Part shown: piece by piece, positions 14,597 through 22,500 of the stretch
Layout of the letters: each line of letters opens with the position of its first letter
Numbering within the stretch: position 1 is the first letter of the stretch
NCBI RefSeq assembly: GCF_000155895.1
Contig: NZ_DS995298.1
Span: forward strand, 510,001-542,000
Source: Candidatus Pelagibacter sp. HTCC7211
GTDB lineage: Bacteria > Pseudomonadota > Alphaproteobacteria > Pelagibacterales > Pelagibacteraceae
DNA: 32,000 bases
Direction: 5' to 3'
The notes under the pieces: generated by a model
Database searches by the model: none
Seen by the model: only the letters and a program-made list of their open reading frames with translations
What the model was told of the DNA's origin: nothing
Program-made: the position numbers and the translations under genes

Positions 14597-14947
14597 ATGA
14601 CTAAGCAAAAAGGTTTTACATTAATAGAACTTCTAGTTGTTGTAGCCATCATTGGTATTCTAGCTGCAGTAGGTGTAGTTGCTTATAGTGGGTATACTAG
14701 TAGTGCAAAAATTAAAACATTAGAAACAAGATATGCAAATATAGAAAAAAAAATTTTAAATTCAGCCACTGGATGTTTTAATGAAATACAAGTTACTTTT
14801 GGCCCTTATCTAGATGGAAGATCCCCAAATAGTCATACATGTAATACACCAAGTTTCTCTAAGAATATGTTAAATGCAGATTCAATTACCTATAAGATAT
14901 ATTTAGAAAATTATGGAATAAAAAATCCACTAAATAGTTCTATATAA
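14597..14947 (+). CDS. Type IV pilin paralogue; as written it is a 116 aa ORF ending at an in-frame TAA
   Basis: The leader is MTKQKG|FTLIELLVVVAIIGILAAVGVVAYSGYTS. Residues 3-35 are identical to residues 2-34 of the upstream pilin. The ORF ends at TAA 14945-14947, but the frame stays open afterwards (see next feature). Confidence 0.8.
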   Translation: MTKQKGFTLIELLVVVAIIGILAAVGVVAYSGYTSSAKIKTLETRYANIEKKILNSATGCFNEIQVTFGPYLDGRSPNSHTCNTPSFSKNMLNADSITYKIYLENYGIKNPLNSSI

Positions 14948-15145
14948 GGATCTTCATGGAGTAATGGAACATGTCCACCATCAAACGTTCCAAAAGGTCA
15001 ATTGGCAATGGGTTATGCTCATAAAAATAATACGTGTGGTATGGCAGGAAACATGTCTTGTATTAAAGTTAATCTTGGTGATATTGATGAGGATGGTTCT
15101 GATGATTATTTATCAAATGAAATTAATTTTTGTGAGTTCAGATAA
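14948..15145 (+). other. In-frame, stop-free continuation of the second pilin gene (65 codons), suggesting a pseudogenised or read-through pilin spanning 14597-15145
   Basis: Same frame as 14597-14947. It translates to GSSWSNGTCPPSNVPKGQLAMGYAHKNNTCGMAGNMSCIKVNLGDIDEDGSDDYLSNEINFCEFR*. There is no stop for 65 codons in roughly 30% GC DNA. The 4 Cys here plus 2 upstream give 6, matching the neighbouring pilin. Confidence 0.6.
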
Positions 15146-15185
15146 TCAAAAACAAAAAATTATATTATGATAAAGATTTTCGAGT

Positions 15186-15347
15186 ATGGATAAATTACTT
15201 TCAGTAGTATTTATGTTGGGAGTTTTACTACTAGTACTTCCAGGTTTTTTACAATCAAATTCTCAGTTGAAACAATTTCTTAAAAATCTCAGCATCTGGG
15301 TAATTATAGTGCTTATAATCTTAATATTTATTTATATATTTAAATAA
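15186..15347 (+). CDS. Small hypothetical membrane protein (53 aa, two hydrophobic segments); not in the ORF track
   Basis: ATG at 15186, TAA at 15345-15347. Translation: MDKLLSVVFMLGVLLLVLPGFLQSNSQLKQFLKNLSIWVIIVLIILIFIYIFK. It fills the only gap between the pilin region and ygfZ. No homologue is recognised. Confidence 0.35.
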   Translation: MDKLLSVVFMLGVLLLVLPGFLQSNSQLKQFLKNLSIWVIIVLIILIFIYIFK

Positions 15348-16241
15348 CTAATTAGTTTTTATCCAATCAGGTTTCTCTATTTTTATCGAAGCGTCTTTAG
15401 TATTAAAATCAATATTTTCACTTAAATTTACATCTTGAAATTTTATTAGAGCAAAAGGGTAATCCTTTTCAATCAATACTTTACCAATTTCCTTTTCTTT
15501 ATGATAAATACTTTCACCTTCAGTTAATTCACCTTTAACTAGATTGATAGGCAATAATCTTTTTGAGAGTTTATTTTTAAGCTTAATCCTTGCTGTATTT
15601 TCTTGTCCAACGTAACAACCTTTTTTAAAATCAATTCCATTTAATTCCTCATAATTACACTCAATACCAAATAGTTTATTTTGTAATTTGTTTAGATCTT
15701 TTGGAACTATTCCAAGTTTATGGCAATATGAATAGTAATCATGAAGTTTAGAGTCCTGCAGTTCTAGTTTTTTAAGTGACAGATAAAGTTTCTCTAAATT
15801 TATGATAAGCCTTGCTCCTAATTGCTTATTCCTTGGGTCTAAAAAAATAGGATCCTCTCTGTATTTCAAGGTAAATCCAGGAACATCTTGTGCTTCATCA
15901 AAGGTAAGAAATTTTTCATGACTAAAGGCTGCAACTACGAATTCGTTGCTTAAGTTTAAAATTTCAACCTTTGATCGTAATTTATAAATACTTAGTTGCT
16001 TAAATAATCCATCTGCCTGAGGTTTTTCACAATCAATTATGAAGCCAGACTTATGTTTAATAATAATAAATTCGAATAAAAATTTACCTTGCGGAGAAAG
16101 CAGAGATGTAAAGCAACTATTTGTATCGCTAACTTTATTTACATCATTGCTTATTAGATTTTGAAGAAATTCTTTTGCATCTTCTCCATTCACGTAAAGG
16201 ATCGCTCTATCATCTAAAATGTAAACATTTTTAATATTCAT
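15348..16241 (-). CDS. ygfZ: Folate-binding YgfZ/CAF17-family protein (GcvT-like fold)
   Basis: 297 aa with the family signature KGCYVGQE. The N-terminus is typical (DRAILYVNGEDAKEFLQNLISNDV; LLSPQGKFLFEFII). Confidence 0.8.
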   Translation of the reverse strand: MNIKNVYILDDRAILYVNGEDAKEFLQNLISNDVNKVSDTNSCFTSLLSPQGKFLFEFIIIKHKSGFIIDCEKPQADGLFKQLSIYKLRSKVEILNLSNEFVVAAFSHEKFLTFDEAQDVPGFTLKYREDPIFLDPRNKQLGARLIINLEKLYLSLKKLELQDSKLHDYYSYCHKLGIVPKDLNKLQNKLFGIECNYEELNGIDFKKGCYVGQENTARIKLKNKLSKRLLPINLVKGELTEGESIYHKEKEIGKVLIEKDYPFALIKFQDVNLSENIDFNTKDASIKIEKPDWIKTN

Positions 16242-16284
16242 AATTGATTAATCCTTTGATGTAATATAATAACATTTTCTTAAA

Positions 16285-17589
16285 ATGTTAGATCTTATAA
16301 TCAAAAACGGACAATGTTACATCGATGGACAATTAAAAGAAGTAAATGTTGCTGTTAAAGATGGAAAAATTCATAAAATTGGTGAAATTACTTATGAAGC
16401 TAAAGAAACTATAAACGCTGAAGGTCAAACCGTTTTACCGGGATGTATTGATACTCAGACTCATTTTAGAGAACCAGGTTCAACAGATACAGAAGATTTG
16501 CATTCTGGAAGTAGAGCTGCAGTAGCAGGTGGAATTACAAGTGTTTTTGAAATGCCAAATACTAATCCTCCAACATCTAATATGAAAGAATTCCAAAGAA
16601 AGATAGATCTTGCTAAAAATAGAATGTATTGCAATCACGCTTTTTATTTTGGTGCAACAGCAGATAATGCAGATGATTTAGCAAGCTTAGAAGGTTTAGA
16701 AGGCTGCTGTGGGATTAAACTTTTTGCTGGATCTTCAACAGGTAATTTATTGGTTGCTGAAGAAGATGATATAGATAAGGTTTTTCAAAACGCCTCAAAA
16801 GTTGTGGCAGTTCACTCTGAGGATGAGGCAATTTTGAATATGAATAAAAAGTTAATTAAACAAGGAGACGTTCATACACATCCTGTTTGGAGAAGTGTTG
16901 AATGTGCGATCTCCTCAACGAGACGAATTGTAAGAATTGCTGAAAAATACAAAAAAAGAGCTCATGTTCTTCATGTAACTACTAAAGATGAAGTAGATTT
17001 TTTATCGCAACATAAAGGAAATATTACTTTTGAGATAACTCCACAGCATTTAACAATTTATGCTCCAGATTGTTATGACAAGCTTGGAACTTATGCTCAG
17101 ATGAATCCTCCAATAAGAGATAAATCTCATTATGATAGATTATGGTATGCAGTTAAAAATAATTTAAATGACACAATAGGCTCAGATCACGCCCCACATC
17201 TTAAAGTTAATAAAGAAAAAGAATATCCTAATTCACCATCAGGTATGCCAGGGGTTCAAACTTTAATGCCTGTTATGTTAAATCACGTAAATGATGGAGA
17301 GCTTACTCTAAATCAATTGATGAACCTTGTGTGTGAAAATCCAATAAAAATTTTTGGTATTAAAAATAAAGGATTTATTAAAGAAGGATTTGACGCTGAT
17401 TTTACAATTGTTGATATGAATAAAACAATTGAAATTAAAAATGAAAATATTGAGAGTAAATGTGGATGGACACCATTTAATGGAGATAAATTCAAGGGAA
17501 CACCAACACATACAATTATTGCTGGCAAAATTAAAATGCAAGACGGTAAGATTTTAGGAGATCCTGAAGGAAAACCTTTAGTCTTTTAA
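16285..17589 (+). CDS. pyrC: Dihydroorotase (amidohydrolase superfamily, long form)
   Basis: 434 aa with metal ligands DTQTHFREPG, a carboxylated-Lys region (GIKLF), VHSED and SDHAPH. Overall pattern is DHOase/allantoinase-like. Confidence 0.8.
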   Translation: MLDLIIKNGQCYIDGQLKEVNVAVKDGKIHKIGEITYEAKETINAEGQTVLPGCIDTQTHFREPGSTDTEDLHSGSRAAVAGGITSVFEMPNTNPPTSNMKEFQRKIDLAKNRMYCNHAFYFGATADNADDLASLEGLEGCCGIKLFAGSSTGNLLVAEEDDIDKVFQNASKVVAVHSEDEAILNMNKKLIKQGDVHTHPVWRSVECAISSTRRIVRIAEKYKKRAHVLHVTTKDEVDFLSQHKGNITFEITPQHLTIYAPDCYDKLGTYAQMNPPIRDKSHYDRLWYAVKNNLNDTIGSDHAPHLKVNKEKEYPNSPSGMPGVQTLMPVMLNHVNDGELTLNQLMNLVCENPIKIFGIKNKGFIKEGFDADFTIVDMNKTIEIKNENIESKCGWTPFNGDKFKGTPTHTIIAGKIKMQDGKILGDPEGKPLVF

Positions 17590-19476
17590 AATATTATTTT
17601 TTATTAAATCTTCTTTAATTTCAGTAAGTATTGCAGGGTCATCAATAGTAGGTGGCACTTTATATTCCACGTTATCTGCAATTTTTCTAATAGTTCCCCG
17701 TAAAATTTTACCAGATCTTGTTTTGGGTAATCTTTTGATAACAATTACAACTTTAAATGCCGCAACTGGTCCTATTTTATCTCTAACCATCTGAACACAT
17801 TCTTTTGAAATAGTATCATTATCTATATCTACTCCTGATTTTAGAACAACTAATCCAATTGGTAATTGTCCTTTTAATTTATCTGCAATACCAAGTACTG
17901 CACATTCAGCAACTGATTGATGTTCAGATAAAACTTCTTCAATGGCACCGGTTGATAATCTATGTCCTGCAACATTTATAATGTCATCGGTTCTAGACAT
18001 AATCCAAATATAACCATCATCATCAATGTGTCCTGCATCATAAGTTTGATAGTAACCTTCGTAATTAGTCATATAATTTTCTTTGTATCTTTGATCTGCA
18101 TTCCACAATGTTGGAAAAGTTCCAGGTGGTAATGGAAGTTTAACAACAATGTCACCCATTTCATTTGGTTTAGCTAAAGTTTGATCGGGTTTAATAATTT
18201 TTACATCGTAACCTGGAACCGCTTTACAAGCTGAACCATATTTTGTTTTCATCATTTCAATTCCTGTACAATTAGAACTTATTGCCCAACTAGTCTCCGT
18301 CTGCCACCAATGATCAATCACTGGAATTTTCAGTAAATTTTCTGCCCACTTAATTGTATCTGGATCTGCTCTCTCACCTGCAAGAAATAAGCTTTCAAAA
18401 TTACTAAGATCGTATTTTGAGAAAAACTTACCTTCAGGATCTTCTTTCTTAATTGCTCTAAATGCAGTAGGGGCTGTGAAAAGAGATTTTACTTTATAGT
18501 CTGATATGATTTTCCAAAAAGCTCCAGCATCAGGAGTGCCAACCGGTTTTCCCTCAAACAGAACAGTTGTGCATCCTTTAAATAATGGAGCGTAGACAAT
18601 ATAAGAATGTCCAACAATCCATCCAATATCACTTGCTGACCACCAAATATCGTTAGTATCAATATTGTAGATATTTTTCATAGTCCACTTTAATGCAACT
18701 ATGTGACCACCAATATCTCTTACAATACCCTTAGGCGTTCCAGTTGTTCCTGAGGTATAAAGAATATAAGCAAACTCATTTGAATTCATCTCAACACAGT
18801 CAGCATCTTTAGCATTCGAAATTGCCTCTTCCCAGCTGATCTCTAATGGAGCATTTAATTTTACTTCATGACCTAATCTTTGGAATAAAATCATCTTCTC
18901 AATTTTATGATTGGCTAATTTTACAGCTTCATCTACAAGAGGTTTGTATTCAACTGTTCTTCCAGGCTCAAATCCACATGATGCAGTTACCAATAGTTTT
19001 GCTTTACTATCATCAATTCTACTAGCAAGTTCATTTGATGCAAAGCCACCAAATACAACAGAGTGAATTGCCCCAATTCTTGCACAAGCAAGCATAGCTA
19101 TCACTGCCTCTGGTATCATAGGCATGTAAATAATTACTCTATCCCCTTTAATTACAGCTTGATCTTTGAGCGCTCCTGCAAATTTTGAAACTTTTGATCT
19201 AAGTTCTTCATATGTAAATTGACTTTTATTACCAGTGATTGGGCTATCGTATATTAAAGCAGTTTTTTTACCTTTACCTTGATCAATGTGTATATCTAAG
19301 GCGTTATAACAAGTATTGGTGACACCATCTTCAAACCATTTATAGAAAGGAGGGTTAGATTTATTTAAAATTTTAGTAGGTTTTTTAAACCAAAAAATAT
19401 CATTTGATGCTTCTTGCCAAAAATTTTCAGGATTTTTTATAGATTGCTCGTAAATTTCACTAAATTTTTTTGACAT
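17578..19476 (-). CDS. prpE: Propionate-CoA ligase-like acyl-CoA synthetase (Acs/PrpE family)
   Basis: I chose the start at ATG 19476 (MSKKFSEIYEQSIKNPENFW...). The 32 upstream codons in the ORF track are low-complexity AT-rich sequence. The N-terminus ...NPPFYKWFEDGVTNTCYNALDIH fits PrpE better than Acs. AMP-binding motifs YTSGTTGTPKG and the C-terminal PKTRSGKILR are present. Confidence 0.7.
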   Translation of the reverse strand: MSKKFSEIYEQSIKNPENFWQEASNDIFWFKKPTKILNKSNPPFYKWFEDGVTNTCYNALDIHIDQGKGKKTALIYDSPITGNKSQFTYEELRSKVSKFAGALKDQAVIKGDRVIIYMPMIPEAVIAMLACARIGAIHSVVFGGFASNELASRIDDSKAKLLVTASCGFEPGRTVEYKPLVDEAVKLANHKIEKMILFQRLGHEVKLNAPLEISWEEAISNAKDADCVEMNSNEFAYILYTSGTTGTPKGIVRDIGGHIVALKWTMKNIYNIDTNDIWWSASDIGWIVGHSYIVYAPLFKGCTTVLFEGKPVGTPDAGAFWKIISDYKVKSLFTAPTAFRAIKKEDPEGKFFSKYDLSNFESLFLAGERADPDTIKWAENLLKIPVIDHWWQTETSWAISSNCTGIEMMKTKYGSACKAVPGYDVKIIKPDQTLAKPNEMGDIVVKLPLPPGTFPTLWNADQRYKENYMTNYEGYYQTYDAGHIDDDGYIWIMSRTDDIINVAGHRLSTGAIEEVLSEHQSVAECAVLGIADKLKGQLPIGLVVLKSGVDIDNDTISKECVQMVRDKIGPVAAFKVVIVIKRLPKTRSGKILRGTIRKIADNVEYKVPPTIDDPAILTEIKEDLIKNNILKD

Positions 19477-19623
19477 AGATTTTGATTCGATTTCGTTAAA
19501 TTTGTTGGTTTTTAAATTAAAAATTGTATTTAATTTTAAAAAATAAGTAAAATCAATGTTAATTAATGACAATTAAGTCTTCTATAATCTAAAATTATTT
19601 GTTATTTAACGCACTATCTTGGT

Positions 19624-19637
19624 TTAGGTAAACCTAA
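19624..19637. promoter_or_regulatory. 14 bp perfect palindrome TTAGGT-AA-ACCTAA upstream of proteorhodopsin, overlapping a possible -35 region
   Basis: Seen directly in the sequence. TATATA at about 19645-19650 lies 16-17 nt downstream, and a strong RBS AAGAGGGAG sits at 19674-19683 before the ATG at 19690. The assignment as an operator or promoter is inference only. Confidence 0.25.
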
Positions 19638-19689
19638 GCCTAGTTTATATAAACTAAACAATAAAAACTAACTAAAGAGGGAGTTTTTT

Positions 19690-20457
19690 ATGAAAAAACT
19701 TAAATTGTTTGCGCTTACAGCTGTTGCACTATTAGGTGTTACAGGTGTTGCAAACGCAGACGCCATGTTAGCACAAGATGATTTCGTTGGAATTTCGTTT
19801 TGGGTTATCTCTATGGGTATGTTAGCAGCTACTGCTTTCTTCTTCATGGAAACTGGCAACGTAGCAGCGGGCTGGAGAACTTCAGTGATCGTTGCAGGTC
19901 TAGTAACTGGTATTGCATTCATACACTACATGTACATGAGAGAAGTATGGGTGACTACTGGAGACTCGCCAACAGTATACAGATATATTGACTGGTTAAT
20001 TACTGTGCCTCTACAAATGGTTGAATTCTATTTAATTCTATCTGCTGTAGGTAAAGCAAATTCTGGAATGTTCTGGAGATTGCTACTCGGTTCAGTAGTA
20101 ATGCTAGTAGGTGGATACTTAGGAGAAGCTGGATACATCAACGCTACACTTGGTTTCATTATCGGTATGGCAGGTTGGGTATACATTCTTTATGAAGTAT
20201 TCTCTGGTGAAGCAGGTAAAGCTGCAGCAAAAAGTGGGAACAAGGCACTTGTAACTGCTTTTGGTGCAATGAGAATGATCGTTACAGTAGGTTGGGCAAT
20301 TTACCCATTAGGTTATGTATTTGGTTACCTAACAGGTGGTGTAGATGCAGAATCACTTAACGTTGTTTACAACTTAGCTGACTTTGTTAACAAAATTGCA
20401 TTTGGTCTAGTAATTTGGGCTGCTGCAACTAGTTCAAGCGGAAAAAGAGCTAAGTAG
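19690..20457 (+). CDS. Proteorhodopsin (light-driven proton pump), Gln at the spectral-tuning position
   Basis: 255 aa with signal peptide MKKLKLFALTAVALLGVTGVANA and 7 TM segments. RYIDWLITVPLQMVEFY contains the proton acceptor Asp (D97 equivalent), Q at the position 105 equivalent (codon CAA 20014-20016) and the donor Glu (E108 equivalent). The Schiff-base Lys lies in NLADFVNKIAFG, and His is conserved in FIHYMYMR. Confidence 0.95.
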   Translation: MKKLKLFALTAVALLGVTGVANADAMLAQDDFVGISFWVISMGMLAATAFFFMETGNVAAGWRTSVIVAGLVTGIAFIHYMYMREVWVTTGDSPTVYRYIDWLITVPLQMVEFYLILSAVGKANSGMFWRLLLGSVVMLVGGYLGEAGYINATLGFIIGMAGWVYILYEVFSGEAGKAAAKSGNKALVTAFGAMRMIVTVGWAIYPLGYVFGYLTGGVDAESLNVVYNLADFVNKIAFGLVIWAAATSSSGKRAK

Positions 20458-20482
20458 TTTTACTAAGTAAAATATTTAATTA

Positions 20483-20519
20483 GGGCGAGTATGTTTATAC
20501 ATACTTGCCCTTTTTTTTT
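20483..20519 (+). terminator. Rho-independent terminator after proteorhodopsin
   Basis: An 11 bp stem pairs GGGCGAGTATG with CATACTTGCCC (one G-U pair), with loop TTTATA, followed by T9. Confidence 0.8.
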
Positions 20520-20538
20520 AAGAGCTTATATCTAATTC

Positions 20539-20859
20539 ATGGCAAAAATAAATTACATCACACACGACAACCAAACACATACAATTGATGTTCAAAATGG
20601 ACTTACGGTTATGGAGGGTGCAGTTCAAAATGATATCCCTGGTATTGATGCGGATTGTGGAGGTGGAATGGCATGTGCTACTTGTCATGTTTATGTAAAT
20701 GAGGAATGGTTAGATAAACTTCCAACTAAAGAAGATGGTGAAGAAGATATGCTCGATATGGCGTTTGAACCAAAACAAAATAGTAGATTGAGTTGTCAAT
20801 TAACTATTTCAGATGAATTAGATGGACTGGTGGTTAATATTCCATCAAAGCAAGTTTAA
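20539..20859 (+). CDS. 2Fe-2S ferredoxin (adrenodoxin/putidaredoxin type)
   Basis: 106 aa with the cluster motif [12 protein letters not shown] (C-x5-C-x2-C) plus a distal Cys in SRLSCQ. Confidence 0.88.
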   Translation: MAKINYITHDNQTHTIDVQNGLTVMEGAVQNDIPGIDADCGGGMACATCHVYVNEEWLDKLPTKEDGEEDMLDMAFEPKQNSRLSCQLTISDELDGLVVNIPSKQV

Positions 20860-21876
20860 ATGATTAAAAAAGATGTGTTAATAATTGGAGCAGGACCAAC
20901 AGGAATATTTTGTGCGCACCAATTAGGAATAATTGGTTTAAGCTGCGAGATAGTTGACAACCTTGATAAAGCAGGTGGACAATGTATTGAACTTTATCCA
21001 GACAAACCAATTTACGATATACCAGCTGTTCCAGAGTGCACTGGTGAAGAGTTAACAACTAATTTGTTGCAACAAATAAAACCTTTTAATGTAAAATTTC
21101 ATTTAAATGAAAGAGTAGAAGAACTTAAAAAAGTTGAAAGCAGATGGCTTGTTAAAACAAGTGGAAAACAAGAATTTGATGTTGCAAGCATTGTAATTGC
21201 TGGTGGTGTTGGCTCATTTGAGCCTAGAAAGTTTCCTTTAAAGGAGTGTGAAAAATTTGAGGGAAGTTCAATATTTTACTCAATTAAAGACAAAACAGTT
21301 TTTAAAGATAAAACAATCTCAATATTTGGTGGAGGAGACTCAGCACTAGATTGGGCAATTGAGCTCTCAAACACATCAAAAGTAAACTTAATTCATAGAC
21401 GGGATGGTTTTAGTGGAGCAGAGTCTAGTGTTCAAAAAGTTAAAGAACTAAACGATCAAGGAAAAATTAATTTATATACAAAATATCAAATAGACTCAGT
21501 CGCTGGAGATAAAAATATTCAATCAGTTAAAATTAAGCATGATGAAGGAGAAACTAAAGAGTTTAAAACAGATTATGTTCTTGGTTTTTTTGGATTAATT
21601 ATGCAATTAGGTCCAATTTTAGATTGGGGACTAAATATTAATAAAAAAGCTATTGAAGTGAATACGGAAAATTTTGAAACCAATATTGATGGAATTTTTG
21701 CAATCGGTGACATTTGTACTTATCCAGGTAAACTCAAATTGATTTTATCAGGTTTTCATGAGGGAGCTTTGGCAGCTAGAGGCTGTTTTAAATATGCAAA
21801 ACCAGATGAAAAACTTAGGTTTGAGTTCACAACGACATCAAAAGCAGCACAAGAAAGACTTGGCGTTAAAAAGTGA
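20860..21876 (+). CDS. Ferredoxin-NADP(+) reductase, thioredoxin-reductase-like type
   Basis: 338 aa. It has an FAD-binding GxGxxG (IIGAGPTG), a second dinucleotide motif (IFGGGDSALD) and GGQ...YDIP typical of YumC/TrxR-like FNRs. The CxxC of true thioredoxin reductases is absent. The ATG directly abuts the ferredoxin stop. Confidence 0.8.
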   Translation: MIKKDVLIIGAGPTGIFCAHQLGIIGLSCEIVDNLDKAGGQCIELYPDKPIYDIPAVPECTGEELTTNLLQQIKPFNVKFHLNERVEELKKVESRWLVKTSGKQEFDVASIVIAGGVGSFEPRKFPLKECEKFEGSSIFYSIKDKTVFKDKTISIFGGGDSALDWAIELSNTSKVNLIHRRDGFSGAESSVQKVKELNDQGKINLYTKYQIDSVAGDKNIQSVKIKHDEGETKEFKTDYVLGFFGLIMQLGPILDWGLNINKKAIEVNTENFETNIDGIFAIGDICTYPGKLKLILSGFHEGALAARGCFKYAKPDEKLRFEFTTTSKAAQERLGVKK

Positions 21877-22499
21877 TAGAACTTTTTACCGCTGATACGC
21901 CAAATGGTAAAAAAATATCTATTATGCTTGAGGAGATTGGCTATGAGTACAAAGTAACTAAAGTTGATTTAGGCAATAATGATCAATTTAAAGAAGAATT
22001 TATAAAAATAAGTCCATTTAGCAAAATTCCAGTAATTACGGATCATGAAAATAACAAAAGTATTTTTGAATCAGGGGCAATCCTTATGTATTTGGGAGAA
22101 AAAAGTGGAAAGTTTTATGATCAATCAGATAGATTAAAAATTAACCAGTGGTTAATGGCTCAAATGGGAACAATTGGACCAATGATTGGTCAACATCATC
22201 AATTTCATCATTACAATCCTGGTAAAAGTGAATTTGGAGAAGAAAGATACTTTAAAATTACAAAAAGAATATACCAAGAATTAGATAGTAGATTAAATGT
22301 TTCAGATTTTCTTGCAAGTGAAAAATATACTATAGCCGATATTGCAACTTGGCCCTGGATTGCTAGACATGAGTGGCATGATATAGGTCTTAAGAATTTT
22401 AAAAATTTATCAAGATGGTATTCAGATATCTCTAAAAGAGAGGCAGTAATAAAAGGATATCAATTTATGAATAAGAAAGATTTACCTCCTCAACCATAA
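21873..22499 (+). CDS. yfcG: Glutathione S-transferase family protein, YfcG-like (Nu class)
   Basis: 208 aa with a GTG start overlapping the FNR stop (GTGA). It aligns closely by eye with E. coli YfcG. Matching pairs: MIELFTADTPNGKKISIMLEE vs MIDLYFAPTPNGHKITLFLEE; FESGAILMYLGEKSG vs FESGAILLYLAEKTG; GPMIGQHHQFHH vs GPMLGQNHHFNH; YTIADIATWPW vs YSIADIACWPW. Confidence 0.8.
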   Translation: MIELFTADTPNGKKISIMLEEIGYEYKVTKVDLGNNDQFKEEFIKISPFSKIPVITDHENNKSIFESGAILMYLGEKSGKFYDQSDRLKINQWLMAQMGTIGPMIGQHHQFHHYNPGKSEFGEERYFKITKRIYQELDSRLNVSDFLASEKYTIADIATWPWIARHEWHDIGLKNFKNLSRWYSDISKREAVIKGYQFMNKKDLPPQP

Positions 22500-22500
22500 T

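Noticed and set aside
14964-15170. 68 aa ORF from the track (MEHVHHQTFQKVNWQW...)
   Set aside because: It lies in a different frame from the pilin continuation and has an implausible composition (His/Trp/Met/Gln-rich with no pilin features). The stop-free, Cys-rich frame continuous with the pilin gene (14948-15145) explains this DNA better.
13980-15350. Searched for a direct repeat of the tRNA-Leu 3' end (an att-like site) that would mark the pilin region as an integrated island
   Set aside because: By eye only a trivial 7 nt match (TTCGAGT near 15179) was found, and there is no integrase. An integrative element is not supported.
19477-19572. 32-codon N-terminal extension of the PrpE-like ORF (MSLINIDFTYFLKLNTIFNL...)
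   Set aside because: It is low-complexity translation of AT-rich intergenic DNA. Homology to Acs/PrpE begins at MSKKFSEIYEQS (ATG at 19476).
19668-19991. Two ORFs overlapping proteorhodopsin (19668-19922 minus strand, 19800-19991 plus strand in another frame)
   Set aside because: The proteorhodopsin frame is unambiguous, with all functional residues present. These are shadow ORFs.
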